Shown piece after piece: positions 9,527-19,330 of a stretch of 64,000 bases of DNA; position 1 is the first letter of the stretch, and each line of letters starts with the position of its first letter. Origin of the DNA: a virus (lineage: Duplodnaviria > Heunggongvirae > Uroviricota > Caudoviricetes). A program made the position numbers and the translations under genes. The notes beneath the pieces were generated by a model. That model saw nothing but the letters and a program-made list of their open reading frames with translations, was not told the origin of the DNA and made no database searches. The stretch lies in the IMG/VR virus record IMGVR_UViG_3300046522_000748. The stretch is one strand, 5' to 3'.

Positions 9527-9737
9527 GATTCTGATTCCTTGATTTTTGGCTCGGTATTTTTTGCCACTGTTCGGAAGAAAAGCCCTCCGAACAGATGAAT
9601 GCGGCCAGCGGGGTGGTGGTGCTCCGATCTGTCTGCTATCCACCAATGCTCAAACCGCCAGAAAGCCGCTTGCCTGATACACACGGTTGGCACCAGCACC
9701 CATTCTGGATATGGAGCCGGTTTTTCTGTCCTGGCTT

Positions 9738-10271
9738 TCACACTGCAAGCCCGATGCTGGCCATGATTGCTCGCTCGATCAAAACGGGTTTGTAAATGAA
9801 AAAATGCTCTGAACCCGTGGACGCGTGCTTCAGCGCCTCGTTGCCGCACAGAGATGCGCCGATCAAGTTGACTTCGAATCGAGCCTTGTCACCTTCGCCG
9901 TCAATCAGGCAGATCCTGCGCATGCCAACTCTTCCGATCAGCTGAATTTCTCGCCAGCTTTCTACAGCCTTGACTTGAAGGTATTGATCGCCGGGCAGAA
10001 CCAGCGGCGTCTTGAACTCGCAAGCCTTAATGAGAATGGTCAGCCACTCTCGCAGCTCTTTTTGCTTCTCGACAGAAAGGGCCGCTTTGAACTTCTCTGT
10101 GCCCTTTTCGAGCTGGTATTCGCAATATCCTGCGACCGCAAGCTGCCGGGATGAGGTAGCAGTGGTGGAATGGCCGCTTTCGGCTTTGATTGCGAGCCCG
10201 CGATCAACGTAATTAAGAAGCAGTGGGTCGGCGCAGGCCAATACACTGATCTGTTCGTTAGCGTCACTCAT
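9738..10271 (-). CDS. Hypothetical protein
   Basis: 177 aa, first gene behind promoter 10296-10334. Confidence 0.7.
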   Translation of the reverse strand: MSDANEQISVLACADPLLLNYVDRGLAIKAESGHSTTATSSRQLAVAGYCEYQLEKGTEKFKAALSVEKQKELREWLTILIKACEFKTPLVLPGDQYLQVKAVESWREIQLIGRVGMRRICLIDGEGDKARFEVNLIGASLCGNEALKHASTGSEHFFIYKPVLIERAIMASIGLAV

Positions 10272-10295
10272 GCAATTCCCCTATTCGATGGTGGA

Positions 10296-10334
10296 ATTAT
10301 ACGCATGCCTAGCCACTCTGTCAATATCATTGAC
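10296..10334 (-). promoter_or_regulatory. sigma70 promoter + operator
   Basis: TTGACA-N17-TATAAT; gtcaatatcattgac 10320-10334. Confidence 0.85.
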
Positions 10335-10362
10335 CTCTATAATTAATTGAAAATAATCGCGC

Positions 10363-11205
10363 CTAAAGGGTTGCTGGTTTGTACTTTTTATCAAACCGCT
10401 GCAAATGCTCGTGCATGCGCTGACGCTCAGCGTTGATCTGCTGGCAGGCCCGAGGTAGTCTTTTGCCAACAAACGCTTCATGCATCAGCTCAGGCGACGG
10501 TAGAGCCATCAGGAAGTCGATGCCCCATTTGCAATACAGCATGCGCCCTTCGCTACCCAGGCAGAGTCCGATGATGGATTCGCACAGTTTTGAAGTGTGC
10601 TTTGACCAGCCCTCTGACTCAAGGGTTTCGGTAAGGTAGGCGCGAACAAACCGAATGCACAGAGTGATGCGGTTCAGCTCGTTGCGCTTGTCCGCCTTGT
10701 AGGGAGCATAGAAGTTGTGAAGACGCGAGCGCAGGCACAGGATCGGGTTGATAACCGGCACCTGAATCCCCCTCATCGGCAACAGTTCAATACCATCAAG
10801 GATCTCTTCACGGTCAAGGCCACCGACTTCGTGCAGGATGTCGATAATCACTTCCCTGCCCGTCTTGTCTATGACGCAGGTGGTCATGGCCAAATTGACG
10901 GTGATATCGAAGTTCTGTGGGCGCTTAAAGGGAATACCGAGCTTGGACTCGCAGAATTCGATGGAGCTTTTCACCCCATAAAAATCCAGATCGTCACTGT
11001 AGGCAGCCTGGAACTCCACCGCTCGCTTTTCAGTCAGCAAGTACCGGGCGTACCAAAAAGCCAGAGCCTGTCCACCGACGACAATCAGTTGGTGATTGTT
11101 CACCACATCCACGATGTCCGCGTCCTTGTAGATGCTTTCCACAAGGTCTTGGAAGTCCTGGAAATTGGCGAGGTAGTCAGTTTCGTCGAGTAGATCCCGA
11201 CTCAT
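10363..11205 (-). CDS. Nucleotidyltransferase-fold protein (AbiEii-like motif)
   Basis: IVVGGQALAFW...YSDDLDF; later IDIL third acidic residue. Confidence 0.7.
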   Translation of the reverse strand: MSRDLLDETDYLANFQDFQDLVESIYKDADIVDVVNNHQLIVVGGQALAFWYARYLLTEKRAVEFQAAYSDDLDFYGVKSSIEFCESKLGIPFKRPQNFDITVNLAMTTCVIDKTGREVIIDILHEVGGLDREEILDGIELLPMRGIQVPVINPILCLRSRLHNFYAPYKADKRNELNRITLCIRFVRAYLTETLESEGWSKHTSKLCESIIGLCLGSEGRMLYCKWGIDFLMALPSPELMHEAFVGKRLPRACQQINAERQRMHEHLQRFDKKYKPATL

Positions 11206-11405
11206 GCATGACTACCGAAGACGAAACGTTTGCTCTTTCCGAACTCGGAGGCAATGCGCTGACACGCAGCGCTGGAGCGCTCGTTGATGGCTTCGCGTTC
11301 TTCGTCGCTCAGGTTGCGCAGGCTTTCGAACTTCCGCTCCCCTTCCGACTGCTTTTGAGCCATCAGTTGGGCGAAGCTGGAGGATTCTACTTGTCGAAGC
11401 TGCAT
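11202..11405 (-). CDS. Small protein coupled to the NTase gene
   Basis: ATGA overlap; start 11405 or 11363. Confidence 0.55.
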   Translation of the reverse strand: MQLRQVESSSFAQLMAQKQSEGERKFESLRNLSDEEREAINERSSAACQRIASEFGKSKRFVFGSHA

Positions 11406-11514
11406 AAGGCACCTGATCAGCCAGTAGGTTTTGATACCCGAAGGATACCAAAAGGTGGAGCAAAACACAAGGAACGCTTGATTTAGAGCCGTTCCTCGTG
11501 TACGGAGTTGCTTA

Positions 11515-12111
11515 TCAAGCGGCCAGAAGCTGCTCGAAGCGAACTTGATAAAACCCGCGAAACACGCCGCTGTTTCCAAAAATGCGCTCAGTGCGAACGA
11601 CCTTCTGACCTGTCATGTTTTCGAATTTCAGCACCACCTCATCGTAGTGGTCCTGAAGCTGGGCGAGGTTTGATTTGTAATCGTGAGCAGTATTTCCCTT
11701 ATCGACTTCGGCCTGGATATCGAAAATGCCACGAGAGACTTCGGCCAAATAGGTCGAAAGGGCTTTCATTTCGAAATTGACGACGCCCCGCTCCATTTCG
11801 GCCTTAAGGTGATCATCGCTTTTGATGTCACGCTCGACCGACATGTTCAGACCGTTGGCGCGTGGATACTGGTTATGCCAGACGTTGCCCTCTGCATCAG
11901 CAAAGATGAAGCCGTCTTCGTTTTTTACGTCACCGGCCTCACCGGCTACCTTGTGGTGTTCCTTGCAGGTCAGCATCAGGATGTCGATGCCAATCAGCTT
12001 GTGCTCCCAGGGATAATAGGTAAAAAAGCCAATTCCATCGGCGGTGCTGAAATTGCCGCGCTCAAATTTCACATGCACGAAAGGAACCTGACTGCCGACT
12101 TCAAAACGCAT
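11515..12111 (-). CDS. Hypothetical protein, paralogue family A
   Basis: RFEVG..PF, PWEHKL..IDI, WHNQYP shared with 42878-43495. Confidence 0.8.
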   Translation of the reverse strand: MRFEVGSQVPFVHVKFERGNFSTADGIGFFTYYPWEHKLIGIDILMLTCKEHHKVAGEAGDVKNEDGFIFADAEGNVWHNQYPRANGLNMSVERDIKSDDHLKAEMERGVVNFEMKALSTYLAEVSRGIFDIQAEVDKGNTAHDYKSNLAQLQDHYDEVVLKFENMTGQKVVRTERIFGNSGVFRGFYQVRFEQLLAA

Positions 12112-12141
12112 TGGGATGACCCTGCTGAATGATTTGGTTGA

Positions 12142-12180
12142 ATTATAGCCCTACCACTCGCATTTGTCAACATGATTGAC
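12142..12180 (-). promoter_or_regulatory. sigma70 promoter + operator
   Basis: TTGACA-N17-TATAAT; gtcaacatgattgac. Confidence 0.85.
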
Positions 12181-12442
12181 TTCTGTGGTCGCCGCACTTG
12201 AGCTGGCGGGTGCGACACTGTACAATCCAGTGCTTACTTTATTGGAAATGTGATGAAAGAAATATCCTTCACCTACGAAGAATTTCTTCAAATGATGATG
12301 CCATTTAACCGAAATGATAGGTCTGGAATGCGGTGTCGTGATCTTGATAGTGATTTAGAAATTATCATGCAGGAGATTCGAATTCCCGTGACTTTTTAAA
12401 TTGCGCCTCCTTAAATTTCAAGAATAATATTGCAAGGGTTCT

Positions 12443-13150
12443 ATGAAAAAGATATGCGTAAAGTATGATGATTTTGTAAGAATTGTGGAGGGATTCGATT
12501 TCTTTTGTGGTCCATTCCCAAATTTTGATAATGTGCCAGATGATAGACTTTTGCGTTGTGAAATGCATGCTGTAAGTACGATACTCGAACTTATTGATCA
12601 GGATTTTAGGTCAACGAAAACAGGTGTGTTGGGGCTTTGTAATGCATTAAATAATAAAATAGAAGAAATCATCAGATGCCTGGAAGCTAACCCGAACTCA
12701 ATGGTGTTTGAGCAATCGGATAATGGGGTAACTGTGGCTCTTGCCGCAAATAAAGAAAGGGCAATGATTGGGTACATAGTAACTGCGCCAAGTGGACTTC
12801 CTGATTTTCATATAAAATTCTATTACAGCGGTACTTTTAGTCCATTTTTAGCAATTGTCCATGAGGGCATTGAGTATGGTCACGAAGCGATAATTGTTAC
12901 TGGATTCAAAAAAATCACCTATCAGCAGGCCAGGGATTATTGGGAAAGATACATTAATCATCAAAATGAATATCTTGCAGATAGCAGTATTAAGATAATC
13001 ACTGAGGAGGACGTTGATGGCACCTTCCGCACATTCGAGCGGCCTGAGTATTTTGATATCTCATATGCGAATCGGCAAAAATACAAACTTGCAAATGAAC
13101 TTGCCAAAAAAATATCGGCAACGAGCTATCATCCGAAAAGATTGCACTAA
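12443..13150 (+). CDS. Hypothetical protein, AT-rich, counter-oriented
   Basis: 235-aa ORF visibly AT-richer than flanks. Confidence 0.7.
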   Translation: MKKICVKYDDFVRIVEGFDFFCGPFPNFDNVPDDRLLRCEMHAVSTILELIDQDFRSTKTGVLGLCNALNNKIEEIIRCLEANPNSMVFEQSDNGVTVALAANKERAMIGYIVTAPSGLPDFHIKFYYSGTFSPFLAIVHEGIEYGHEAIIVTGFKKITYQQARDYWERYINHQNEYLADSSIKIITEEDVDGTFRTFERPEYFDISYANRQKYKLANELAKKISATSYHPKRLH

Positions 13151-13154
13151 GAAA

Positions 13155-13174
13155 GAGGCGGCAAGAGCCGCCTC
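13155..13174. terminator. Hairpin between convergent genes
   Basis: gaggcggc-aaga-gccgcctc. Confidence 0.6.
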
Positions 13175-13183
13175 AAGTCGATT

Positions 13184-14110
13184 TTAAGATTTTGGATGAG
13201 CTGAAAGCAGTTCTTCAAACACCGCGTTTGGCCCCATGGCAATGACACTTGCGATTCTTGACTCTGCAACACCAGCATTGCGCAACATGCGTTCATTACG
13301 AGCCTGGGTGGCCTCTTTGAACATTGATCGATCTCCCCATTTTAGCAGTTGATTGATCCCCATCACCCTCCCCCGCTGTATTAGGCCTCGGAGCATTGAC
13401 TCCCCGAGTCCAAATTGGCGCAACATAATAATCATACGATCCAGTCCGGAGGTGGCCTGAATTGTCGCTACAACTGTAATACCGGCTTGTACGAGTGCGA
13501 TTACCTCAAATGCCATTCTATTAGATCGAATTTCATCAACTACCACAATTTTTTCATGCATTTGGCCGTCATTGAAACATGTACCTGATTCATCCACGTG
13601 GCGAACATATACATTCCGTGGGTATACATATTCCTGGATGCCGACGTGTAGGATATTGATAGGATCATCATTGTTCTCAATTACTTTATTGAACAGTGCA
13701 TGAGCAGTAGTTGTCTTACCCTGACCTGTGCGTGTGGCAACAAGAATCAGCGATCCAGCATCGGACGATCTCATCAAGTTATTAAAACTAATTTGGATTT
13801 TAGGAAAATACTTAAAAATACCTTCAATTGAAGGCCTTTCACCCAACTTTCCTGTTATCTCAATATCGATTTCCGGCATATCGAATTCAGTCTTTTGGTT
13901 TATGCCTCCCGAAGATGCACTGGCAGCATCCCAATTAGGAAAGTTTTCCTCTTTGGATACGAGTTCCAGGGCTTGTGAGTTCGATACTTTGATGCCGAAC
14001 ATATCGGCGATGGCAGGGCGAAGCCGTTTGGCACGAGCTTTAAGTGCAATAGTCATTTTCCGTGGGTTCCATTTGGTGCCAGGGGCGCATAGCGATGTCG
14101 GAGTCCTCAT
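13184..14110 (-). CDS. Glyoxalase_8-like N-terminal domain fused to PilT/VirB11-like P-loop ATPase
   Basis: LKARAKRLR...SNSQALELVSKEENFPNWDAASA; Walker A TRTGQGKTT; Walker B VVVDEIR. Confidence 0.7.
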   Translation of the reverse strand: MRTPTSLCAPGTKWNPRKMTIALKARAKRLRPAIADMFGIKVSNSQALELVSKEENFPNWDAASASSGGINQKTEFDMPEIDIEITGKLGERPSIEGIFKYFPKIQISFNNLMRSSDAGSLILVATRTGQGKTTTAHALFNKVIENNDDPINILHVGIQEYVYPRNVYVRHVDESGTCFNDGQMHEKIVVVDEIRSNRMAFEVIALVQAGITVVATIQATSGLDRMIIMLRQFGLGESMLRGLIQRGRVMGINQLLKWGDRSMFKEATQARNERMLRNAGVAESRIASVIAMGPNAVFEELLSAHPKS

Positions 14111-14357
14111 TCTCGATGTCTGGCAATGGTGGTTACCAACAGCGTTGTATACTCTCTCACATTCACCGTACCGTTTCCGGCGAGGACGACAGGCTGTGAG
14201 CGGCCTTTTGTTGAGTCATTAACTTGCAATATTATCCATAAAACGCTTGGCGGTCAACATGGACATCGAAGTATTTAAGTTGCGTTAAATTATGTGCGTG
14301 ACAATGGATTTGTTTTGTATTTTTGATTATTATTGCGAAAACAACCGAGATTGAATA

Positions 14358-14690
14358 ATGAGTAATAATATCGCCAAATATATAAGAGCAGGCAAGCCAC
14401 TTTCAACCAGAGAGCAGCTGGCTGTGATATTGAGTATTGATTATTGCCTATCATCAGGGCTTCCTATCGTTGAAGTGATAGAGCGGCTTCGTTCATTCGA
14501 AGCTAACGATGTAAAGCGTAACCTTTTGAATAATGTGAAAACCGATATTCAAAACGACGTTCCATTTCATGAGGTGATGGTAAAAACTGGATTCTTCGAC
14601 GCTGAGGTAGAGGATATTCTTCTTGCAGTGCAAAATCCTGAGCAAGCCCTAAAGGCCTCGATTCGGTTTATTAATCTTGTGTATAACTGA
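14358..14690 (+). CDS. T2SS-F/PilC-like domain protein (short)
   Basis: LSSGLPIVEVIERL...DIQNDVPFHEVM...FF. Confidence 0.6.
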   Translation: MSNNIAKYIRAGKPLSTREQLAVILSIDYCLSSGLPIVEVIERLRSFEANDVKRNLLNNVKTDIQNDVPFHEVMVKTGFFDAEVEDILLAVQNPEQALKASIRFINLVYN

Positions 14691-14703
14691 TATCTCATAA
14701 AGC

Positions 14704-14731
14704 AAAAAAACCAGCCGCCGCTGGGTTTTTT
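14704..14731. terminator. Bidirectional terminator
   Basis: aaaaaaaccagc-cgcc-gctgggtttttt. Confidence 0.7.
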
Positions 14732-14740
14732 GTTGGGTTG

Positions 14741-15745
14741 TTAGGCTTCGTGCCCCCAAGGGGTGATCATGCGCCGCGTCTGGTTTTTGAGTGTATCCAG
14801 GTAACCGGGCTTACGGTAATCGTAGGTCTGGCGAACGTTGTCCAAAGACTGCAACCGGCGCCGCGCCTGTGGGTGATTGTAATCATCATTGGCGACACTG
14901 AGCCATAGGTAGGCGACCAACTCAGGGTTCTGAGTTCGAATTCTGCCATTCAGCACATTGTCGGCGTAGGTGTACATTGCATCAGCGTCGCCTGCGAAGG
15001 CCGCTTTCAGAAAGCAGGCACTGGCGAATTCGGTTTCACCATTTTTCAGTGAGTAGTTGCCTACGTCCATCAAAGCCTTTGGAAAGCCTGCTTTGCCAGC
15101 AAACAACAGTGCGTTTTTGGCCTCTGCGCTTGAGGACACGCGAATTGCTTTTGAGTAGTAGTAAGCCGATTCGGCATCACCTGCCTGATAGGCCATCTGG
15201 AGCAATCTCGCGCCACGGCCTGGATTATTCAGGTTCGGCTGATAGAAGCCCAAATACAGCAAGCCTGCTTCACGTTGCGCTTGTACATTCGACCGGGCGG
15301 CTTTTTCAATGAGCTGTTGGCCCATACTCACGTTCTGCGTGGTTCCAGAGCCACGAAGCGTCTGCCACGCCAGCACCCGCGTACCTTCGGCATAACCGGC
15401 AGCATCGGACTTCAACAGGTACGCATGCGCCTGCTCATTGTCCTGTCGAACAACGGCGCCACGGATGTAGAGCTTGGCCAGCTCGTAGTTGGCACTGCCG
15501 CTGCCAAGGTCTGCCGCTTGTTTCAGTACGGTCAAGCCCTGAGTGTCGAGTCCCTGCGCAAACAGGGCGCGAGCCTGCCCTTCCAGTGCGTCAGCCTGCT
15601 GTTGGGCAGGCGAAGCGGCAACCGGTGCCACGGCTGGATAAGCCTGAACAGCACCGCTTGGTTGCGCGTATGGGTTTTCTTTCATACTCCCGCAGCCGCT
15701 GAGGAGGCTAAGGGTGGCGATCAACACAAAGGCATAGTTGCGCAT
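14741..15745 (-). CDS. Sel1-repeat lipoprotein
   Basis: Lipobox LLSGC; repeated AA.LG...A.Y.LA.LY..G units. Confidence 0.85.
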   Translation of the reverse strand: MRNYAFVLIATLSLLSGCGSMKENPYAQPSGAVQAYPAVAPVAASPAQQQADALEGQARALFAQGLDTQGLTVLKQAADLGSGSANYELAKLYIRGAVVRQDNEQAHAYLLKSDAAGYAEGTRVLAWQTLRGSGTTQNVSMGQQLIEKAARSNVQAQREAGLLYLGFYQPNLNNPGRGARLLQMAYQAGDAESAYYYSKAIRVSSSAEAKNALLFAGKAGFPKALMDVGNYSLKNGETEFASACFLKAAFAGDADAMYTYADNVLNGRIRTQNPELVAYLWLSVANDDYNHPQARRRLQSLDNVRQTYDYRKPGYLDTLKNQTRRMITPWGHEA

Positions 15746-15777
15746 CGGATATTCCTTGTCGTGGCGTTGAGCGAAGA

Positions 15778-16260
15778 TCAGGCCTGAGCCTGGGTATCTG
15801 TCTGAGTTTTCGCAGCGGCTTTAAGTTGTTCTTGCAGCTCCGGGTTACGGTGGGCGGGCTCGATTTGAAACACCGTGCCTTGTCCGTGCGTGGTGAACAC
15901 GTGCAAACCGCCTTTAAGATGCACGTAGTGCTCAAAAGGCTCATCTGGGATCGGGTTGTCCAAGCGAGCGTCAACACCAAACGCAGTGTCGCTCATGGCA
16001 TTGATGAACTGATCGAGGATTTCTTGGGACAAATCATCCCAGCCATAACTCTCTAGCAACTCTTCATGGGCATAGGTGACATCATTGCAAGTGAAGCCAA
16101 TTTTTGCTTGCGCAATATCGCGGATCATTCGTTGGCAAGTCTCGGAATGATAAAAATTCTCCAGATTCTGTGTGTTATTGATCTGGTTTTGCCAAAACCT
16201 TTCCACAACATCAGGACTGATGGCGTTCAAAATGCGACTAACTCGGTCATTCAATTTCAT
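15778..16260 (-). CDS. Hypothetical protein, paralogue family B (start moved to MKLNDRV)
   Basis: CQRMIRDI...GLHVFTTHGQGTV; promoter 16316-16354 lies inside the ORF-track start. Confidence 0.75.
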   Translation of the reverse strand: MKLNDRVSRILNAISPDVVERFWQNQINNTQNLENFYHSETCQRMIRDIAQAKIGFTCNDVTYAHEELLESYGWDDLSQEILDQFINAMSDTAFGVDARLDNPIPDEPFEHYVHLKGGLHVFTTHGQGTVFQIEPAHRNPELQEQLKAAAKTQTDTQAQA

Positions 16261-16315
16261 AGCGCCATCCAGGGGTTGATAGTGGTTTGCATAAAAGGCA
16301 TTTGGTAATGCACTG

Positions 16316-16354
16316 AGTATAACTAACGCATGCAACAATGTCAATGGTGCTGAC
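16316..16354 (-). promoter_or_regulatory. sigma70 promoter + operator
   Basis: TTGACA-N17-TATACT; gtcaatggtgctgac (same 15-mer as 18400). Confidence 0.8.
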
Positions 16355-16396
16355 ATTTATTGTTGCTGATCGGTGAATATACCCATGTTTCCTGGG

Positions 16397-17470
16397 TTAC
16401 TGATCAGTTCCAATCAGCCTCAGATAGCCGCTGGCTGGCAATGACAGCACAGGTGAATCCAGGCCGTTATCTTTGTTGGTGGCGGAGCGAAAAAGCTCGC
16501 ACAGTTCAGTGTGGACGGCGTGCATGCGCTCACTCAGCGCGGCTACCAGCTTGAGTTGGGCATCAGAATAAGCGGTTATGAACACATCACTGTGATCTTC
16601 TTTATTGCTCACGCGCCCGCCAAAGAAATCCTGTCCTGTCGATGGTGCGCCCTGCTCTTTTGCTTTATCCATCAGAAAGGTTGTCGATTGAATGATTTTG
16701 CCTTGTTCGTCACAGAGGTAATACCGCTTGCCAAAACGCACGGCGACCGCGTATTCAAAATCGAAAGTTTTCGCCACAATGCTTTCTTTGGCGTTATGCA
16801 CTGACCTTGGAAACAGATCCGTGCGATCACGCTCAAGGGCGCGGTATTTTACGACGATCACCTTCTCGCCACCTTGCAAGGACATCTTGTAAAGCTGATA
16901 TGCCTCCAGAGCGATGTTATAGGGGTTGCTGGTTGAGTCAGCGACAGTGGCTGGGTTGCAGTATTTTTCGATATCGCTCACTGAATCAAACAGGATGCCC
17001 AGGTAGGACTTGGTGTCATCCTTTTTGTCGATATAGATCTTATGGATCTTTTTATCTCGCTCGCCGGGAAGTCCTAGCTCATCGACCCGAATGTCACGCA
17101 AAAAACGGTAATCCATCAGCACGACAAACTTGTTGAGCTTGGTGTCGTAAAAAATTGGCGTCTTATGCGGATGATCCATTTGAGCTTCGGTGCGCTCGTA
17201 GCGCTGCACAAGACTCATTGGCAATAGGGTGTTGAGATCAATTTCTTTTATTTTGATCAGCCCGGTCAAGGTGGCCGTTGGAAACTTCAGCACATTGTTT
17301 TTGGCGCGGATGGCTGATTCTGTTGAAAAATCACCGCGCACACCGCCGACATAGACCACGCCAGCGTTTGGATTCTGAAACATGTGGACTTCCACGTCAG
17401 TGGCCATGACAGATGAATAGCGTTCGACGTAGGTGTCGTTATCGTTGCGGTCGTATGGTTTGTTGGTCAT
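16397..17470 (-). CDS. Hypothetical protein
   Basis: 357-aa ORF. Confidence 0.75.
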   Translation of the reverse strand: MTNKPYDRNDNDTYVERYSSVMATDVEVHMFQNPNAGVVYVGGVRGDFSTESAIRAKNNVLKFPTATLTGLIKIKEIDLNTLLPMSLVQRYERTEAQMDHPHKTPIFYDTKLNKFVVLMDYRFLRDIRVDELGLPGERDKKIHKIYIDKKDDTKSYLGILFDSVSDIEKYCNPATVADSTSNPYNIALEAYQLYKMSLQGGEKVIVVKYRALERDRTDLFPRSVHNAKESIVAKTFDFEYAVAVRFGKRYYLCDEQGKIIQSTTFLMDKAKEQGAPSTGQDFFGGRVSNKEDHSDVFITAYSDAQLKLVAALSERMHAVHTELCELFRSATNKDNGLDSPVLSLPASGYLRLIGTDQ

Positions 17471-17547
17471 TGGTTTTTATCTTGTTTGAGCGATTGTGGG
17501 ATCGCCCTCTGTATCCAGACTGGGCGCGGTGCTGTGAGAAGATTTTC

Positions 17548-17730
17548 TTAAGCCATGTAAGACACGAGGGTAAACCGAACCCCGTGACGGTAGGCCGTCC
17601 GGATGAGTTGATCGACGGTCTGATGTCTCGGTGTATCAACGCCAGTTTGATCTTTAATCTGGCGAATCATCGATTCTTTTAGCTCGCGGGCAGCAACATC
17701 AGCTCCCGCAGTGCTTTGTCGAACTGCCAT
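17548..17730 (-). CDS. Small hypothetical protein
   Basis: 60 aa, AAGGA RBS. Confidence 0.5.
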   Translation of the reverse strand: MAVRQSTAGADVAARELKESMIRQIKDQTGVDTPRHQTVDQLIRTAYRHGVRFTLVSYMA

Positions 17731-17803
17731 AATCGTTTCCTTTTCCGCCTCTTATTCGCGACAGCGGCAGTAGGCCGCTGAGCCTAGGAAATACTGGAGT
17801 TGC

Positions 17804-18349
17804 TTACCAACGCTGTTGAGTTTCCCGAAGCCAATAACCTGCTGCGTAAAGACCCATGACAGCCAAAATCGTGTCATAGGCCATATAGGGCTTGATGGTT
17901 TCGTAATCAACATCCTTGGTGAGCGTGAGCAGCAGGTTATCGCCTTTGAGCGGGCTACCTTCTTCAATGAAGGCTTGAGTTTCCGTGGCGTCTCGATCAT
18001 CTCGATCCCAGGTAACTTTCGCCAGGGAGAATTCTTGGCGTTTGCCCACAACAATAAATCGGGCGTCACTCGTAGGCTCGATGGTGAAATCACAATTGTT
18101 GAGCCGAATGGGCTCTTTGAATGTGCGTTCCAGGAAAAATTTCGTCAGCCAGACGCGTGCAGCCGTCTGATCTTCCGGTGACCATTTGCGGAACGCCTTG
18201 CTGCCTGCGCAGACCTGATTGTTCGCGAAGCCTGCCATCAGGTATTGACGGGCATTGAAATGGTGGCGATCTGGACAGTGAGAAATATTCAGTCGCATGC
18301 CCTCATCAATGAGGTCGGTCACTTCCAGCGGATGCAGTGGGTTGGTCAT
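17804..18349 (-). CDS. Hypothetical protein
   Basis: 181 aa behind promoter 18376-18414. Confidence 0.7.
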   Translation of the reverse strand: MTNPLHPLEVTDLIDEGMRLNISHCPDRHHFNARQYLMAGFANNQVCAGSKAFRKWSPEDQTAARVWLTKFFLERTFKEPIRLNNCDFTIEPTSDARFIVVGKRQEFSLAKVTWDRDDRDATETQAFIEEGSPLKGDNLLLTLTKDVDYETIKPYMAYDTILAVMGLYAAGYWLRETQQRW

Positions 18350-18375
18350 GCGTAAATCCTTTATTTAGTGGGTTG

Positions 18376-18414
18376 ATTATACGTGACCAGCACTCGATTG
18401 TCAATGGTGCTGAC
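18376..18414 (-). promoter_or_regulatory. sigma70 promoter + operator
   Basis: TTGACA-N17-TATAAT; gtcaatggtgctgac abuts upstream stop at 18415. Confidence 0.85.
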
Positions 18415-19005
18415 TTAGCCCTCGAAGCGCCAGTCGCGCTTCGACACCAAGCCTAGAGCGGCTTTAAGGCAATCTGAGAATGAAAATATTTTTGTCATTC
18501 TGTAATCGAATGCATCCACATTCAGGATGTTGGACTGGAGCCCTTCCGGGTCATAAAAATCATAAAGCTCTCTAACTCCTATTCGGGTCAATTTATGATT
18601 TTCTATAACGCCAAAATAGTTCCATCGATTGAGCATGATGTTGTATGAGCCGCCGTATTCTACATCACACGTGAACTTTCTTTGGCAAAAAGCCAGTGGT
18701 TGCACTTCGGGGCTTGGATTCTCCAGAGTTGTCTTGAACCAAAGCAGGGCCTTAGTTTGCAACTCTTTGTCGAGTCTGGAAAAGTGTTTTAGGCCTTCAT
18801 TGAAGTAGTAGTCGGTCAGCCCGGAAAGGATGAGTTCATGACGAGTGAAGTCGCCCTCTTCGCTTTGGATCTCTTTGGCCTTGGCAATCAGTTTAATTGC
18901 TCGGCTTCCTGAGATCCGGTCTAGTACTCTGGCGTAGGTTGGCTCAACGTATGGCTTGCGCTCACCGGGCTCATCATTCAAAATTATCTCAACCCATTCA
19001 GTCAT
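18415..19005 (-). CDS. Hypothetical protein
   Basis: 196-aa ORF. Confidence 0.7.
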   Translation of the reverse strand: MTEWVEIILNDEPGERKPYVEPTYARVLDRISGSRAIKLIAKAKEIQSEEGDFTRHELILSGLTDYYFNEGLKHFSRLDKELQTKALLWFKTTLENPSPEVQPLAFCQRKFTCDVEYGGSYNIMLNRWNYFGVIENHKLTRIGVRELYDFYDPEGLQSNILNVDAFDYRMTKIFSFSDCLKAALGLVSKRDWRFEG

Positions 19006-19018
19006 TTTTCGATCCTTA

Positions 19019-19330
19019 TCAATTCAGGGAGCCGATCAACATGGAGTTGGCGATATCCATGTCCGATAGCCTGCTTTCCGGGTGCAATTCTCGGTGATCG
19101 CGAACAGCCTTTTCCAGCGCTGGACCACTTACAGCGCCTTCAGTCGCCACGAATGAAGCCGCGTCGTCTTGAGCTTGCTGAGTGTAATAATTGGTGGATT
19201 CCAGGCTGCTCATTAGCGACAGGCTGGCGAGGCCGACCGTCGCGGAGATGCCATCTGTTGGCGTGGAGCCAGCTGCGTGTGATTGACCTGCAACAAGAAT
19301 AAGGGCTGATGCTAATAGAATTCGCTTCAT
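19019..19330 (-). CDS. DUF2388-like exported protein (Pseudomonas family)
   Basis: Signal peptide; AQDDAASFVATEG...ALE.A...R...P....SDM.IA. Confidence 0.8.
   Translation of the reverse strand: MKRILLASALILVAGQSHAAGSTPTDGISATVGLASLSLMSSLESTNYYTQQAQDDAASFVATEGAVSGPALEKAVRDHRELHPESRLSDMDIANSMLIGSLN

Noticed and set aside
14100-14210. HDV-like ribozyme
   Set aside because: Crossing helices are present, but no L3 UYCHCGY, P1.1 GG or G-U first pair.
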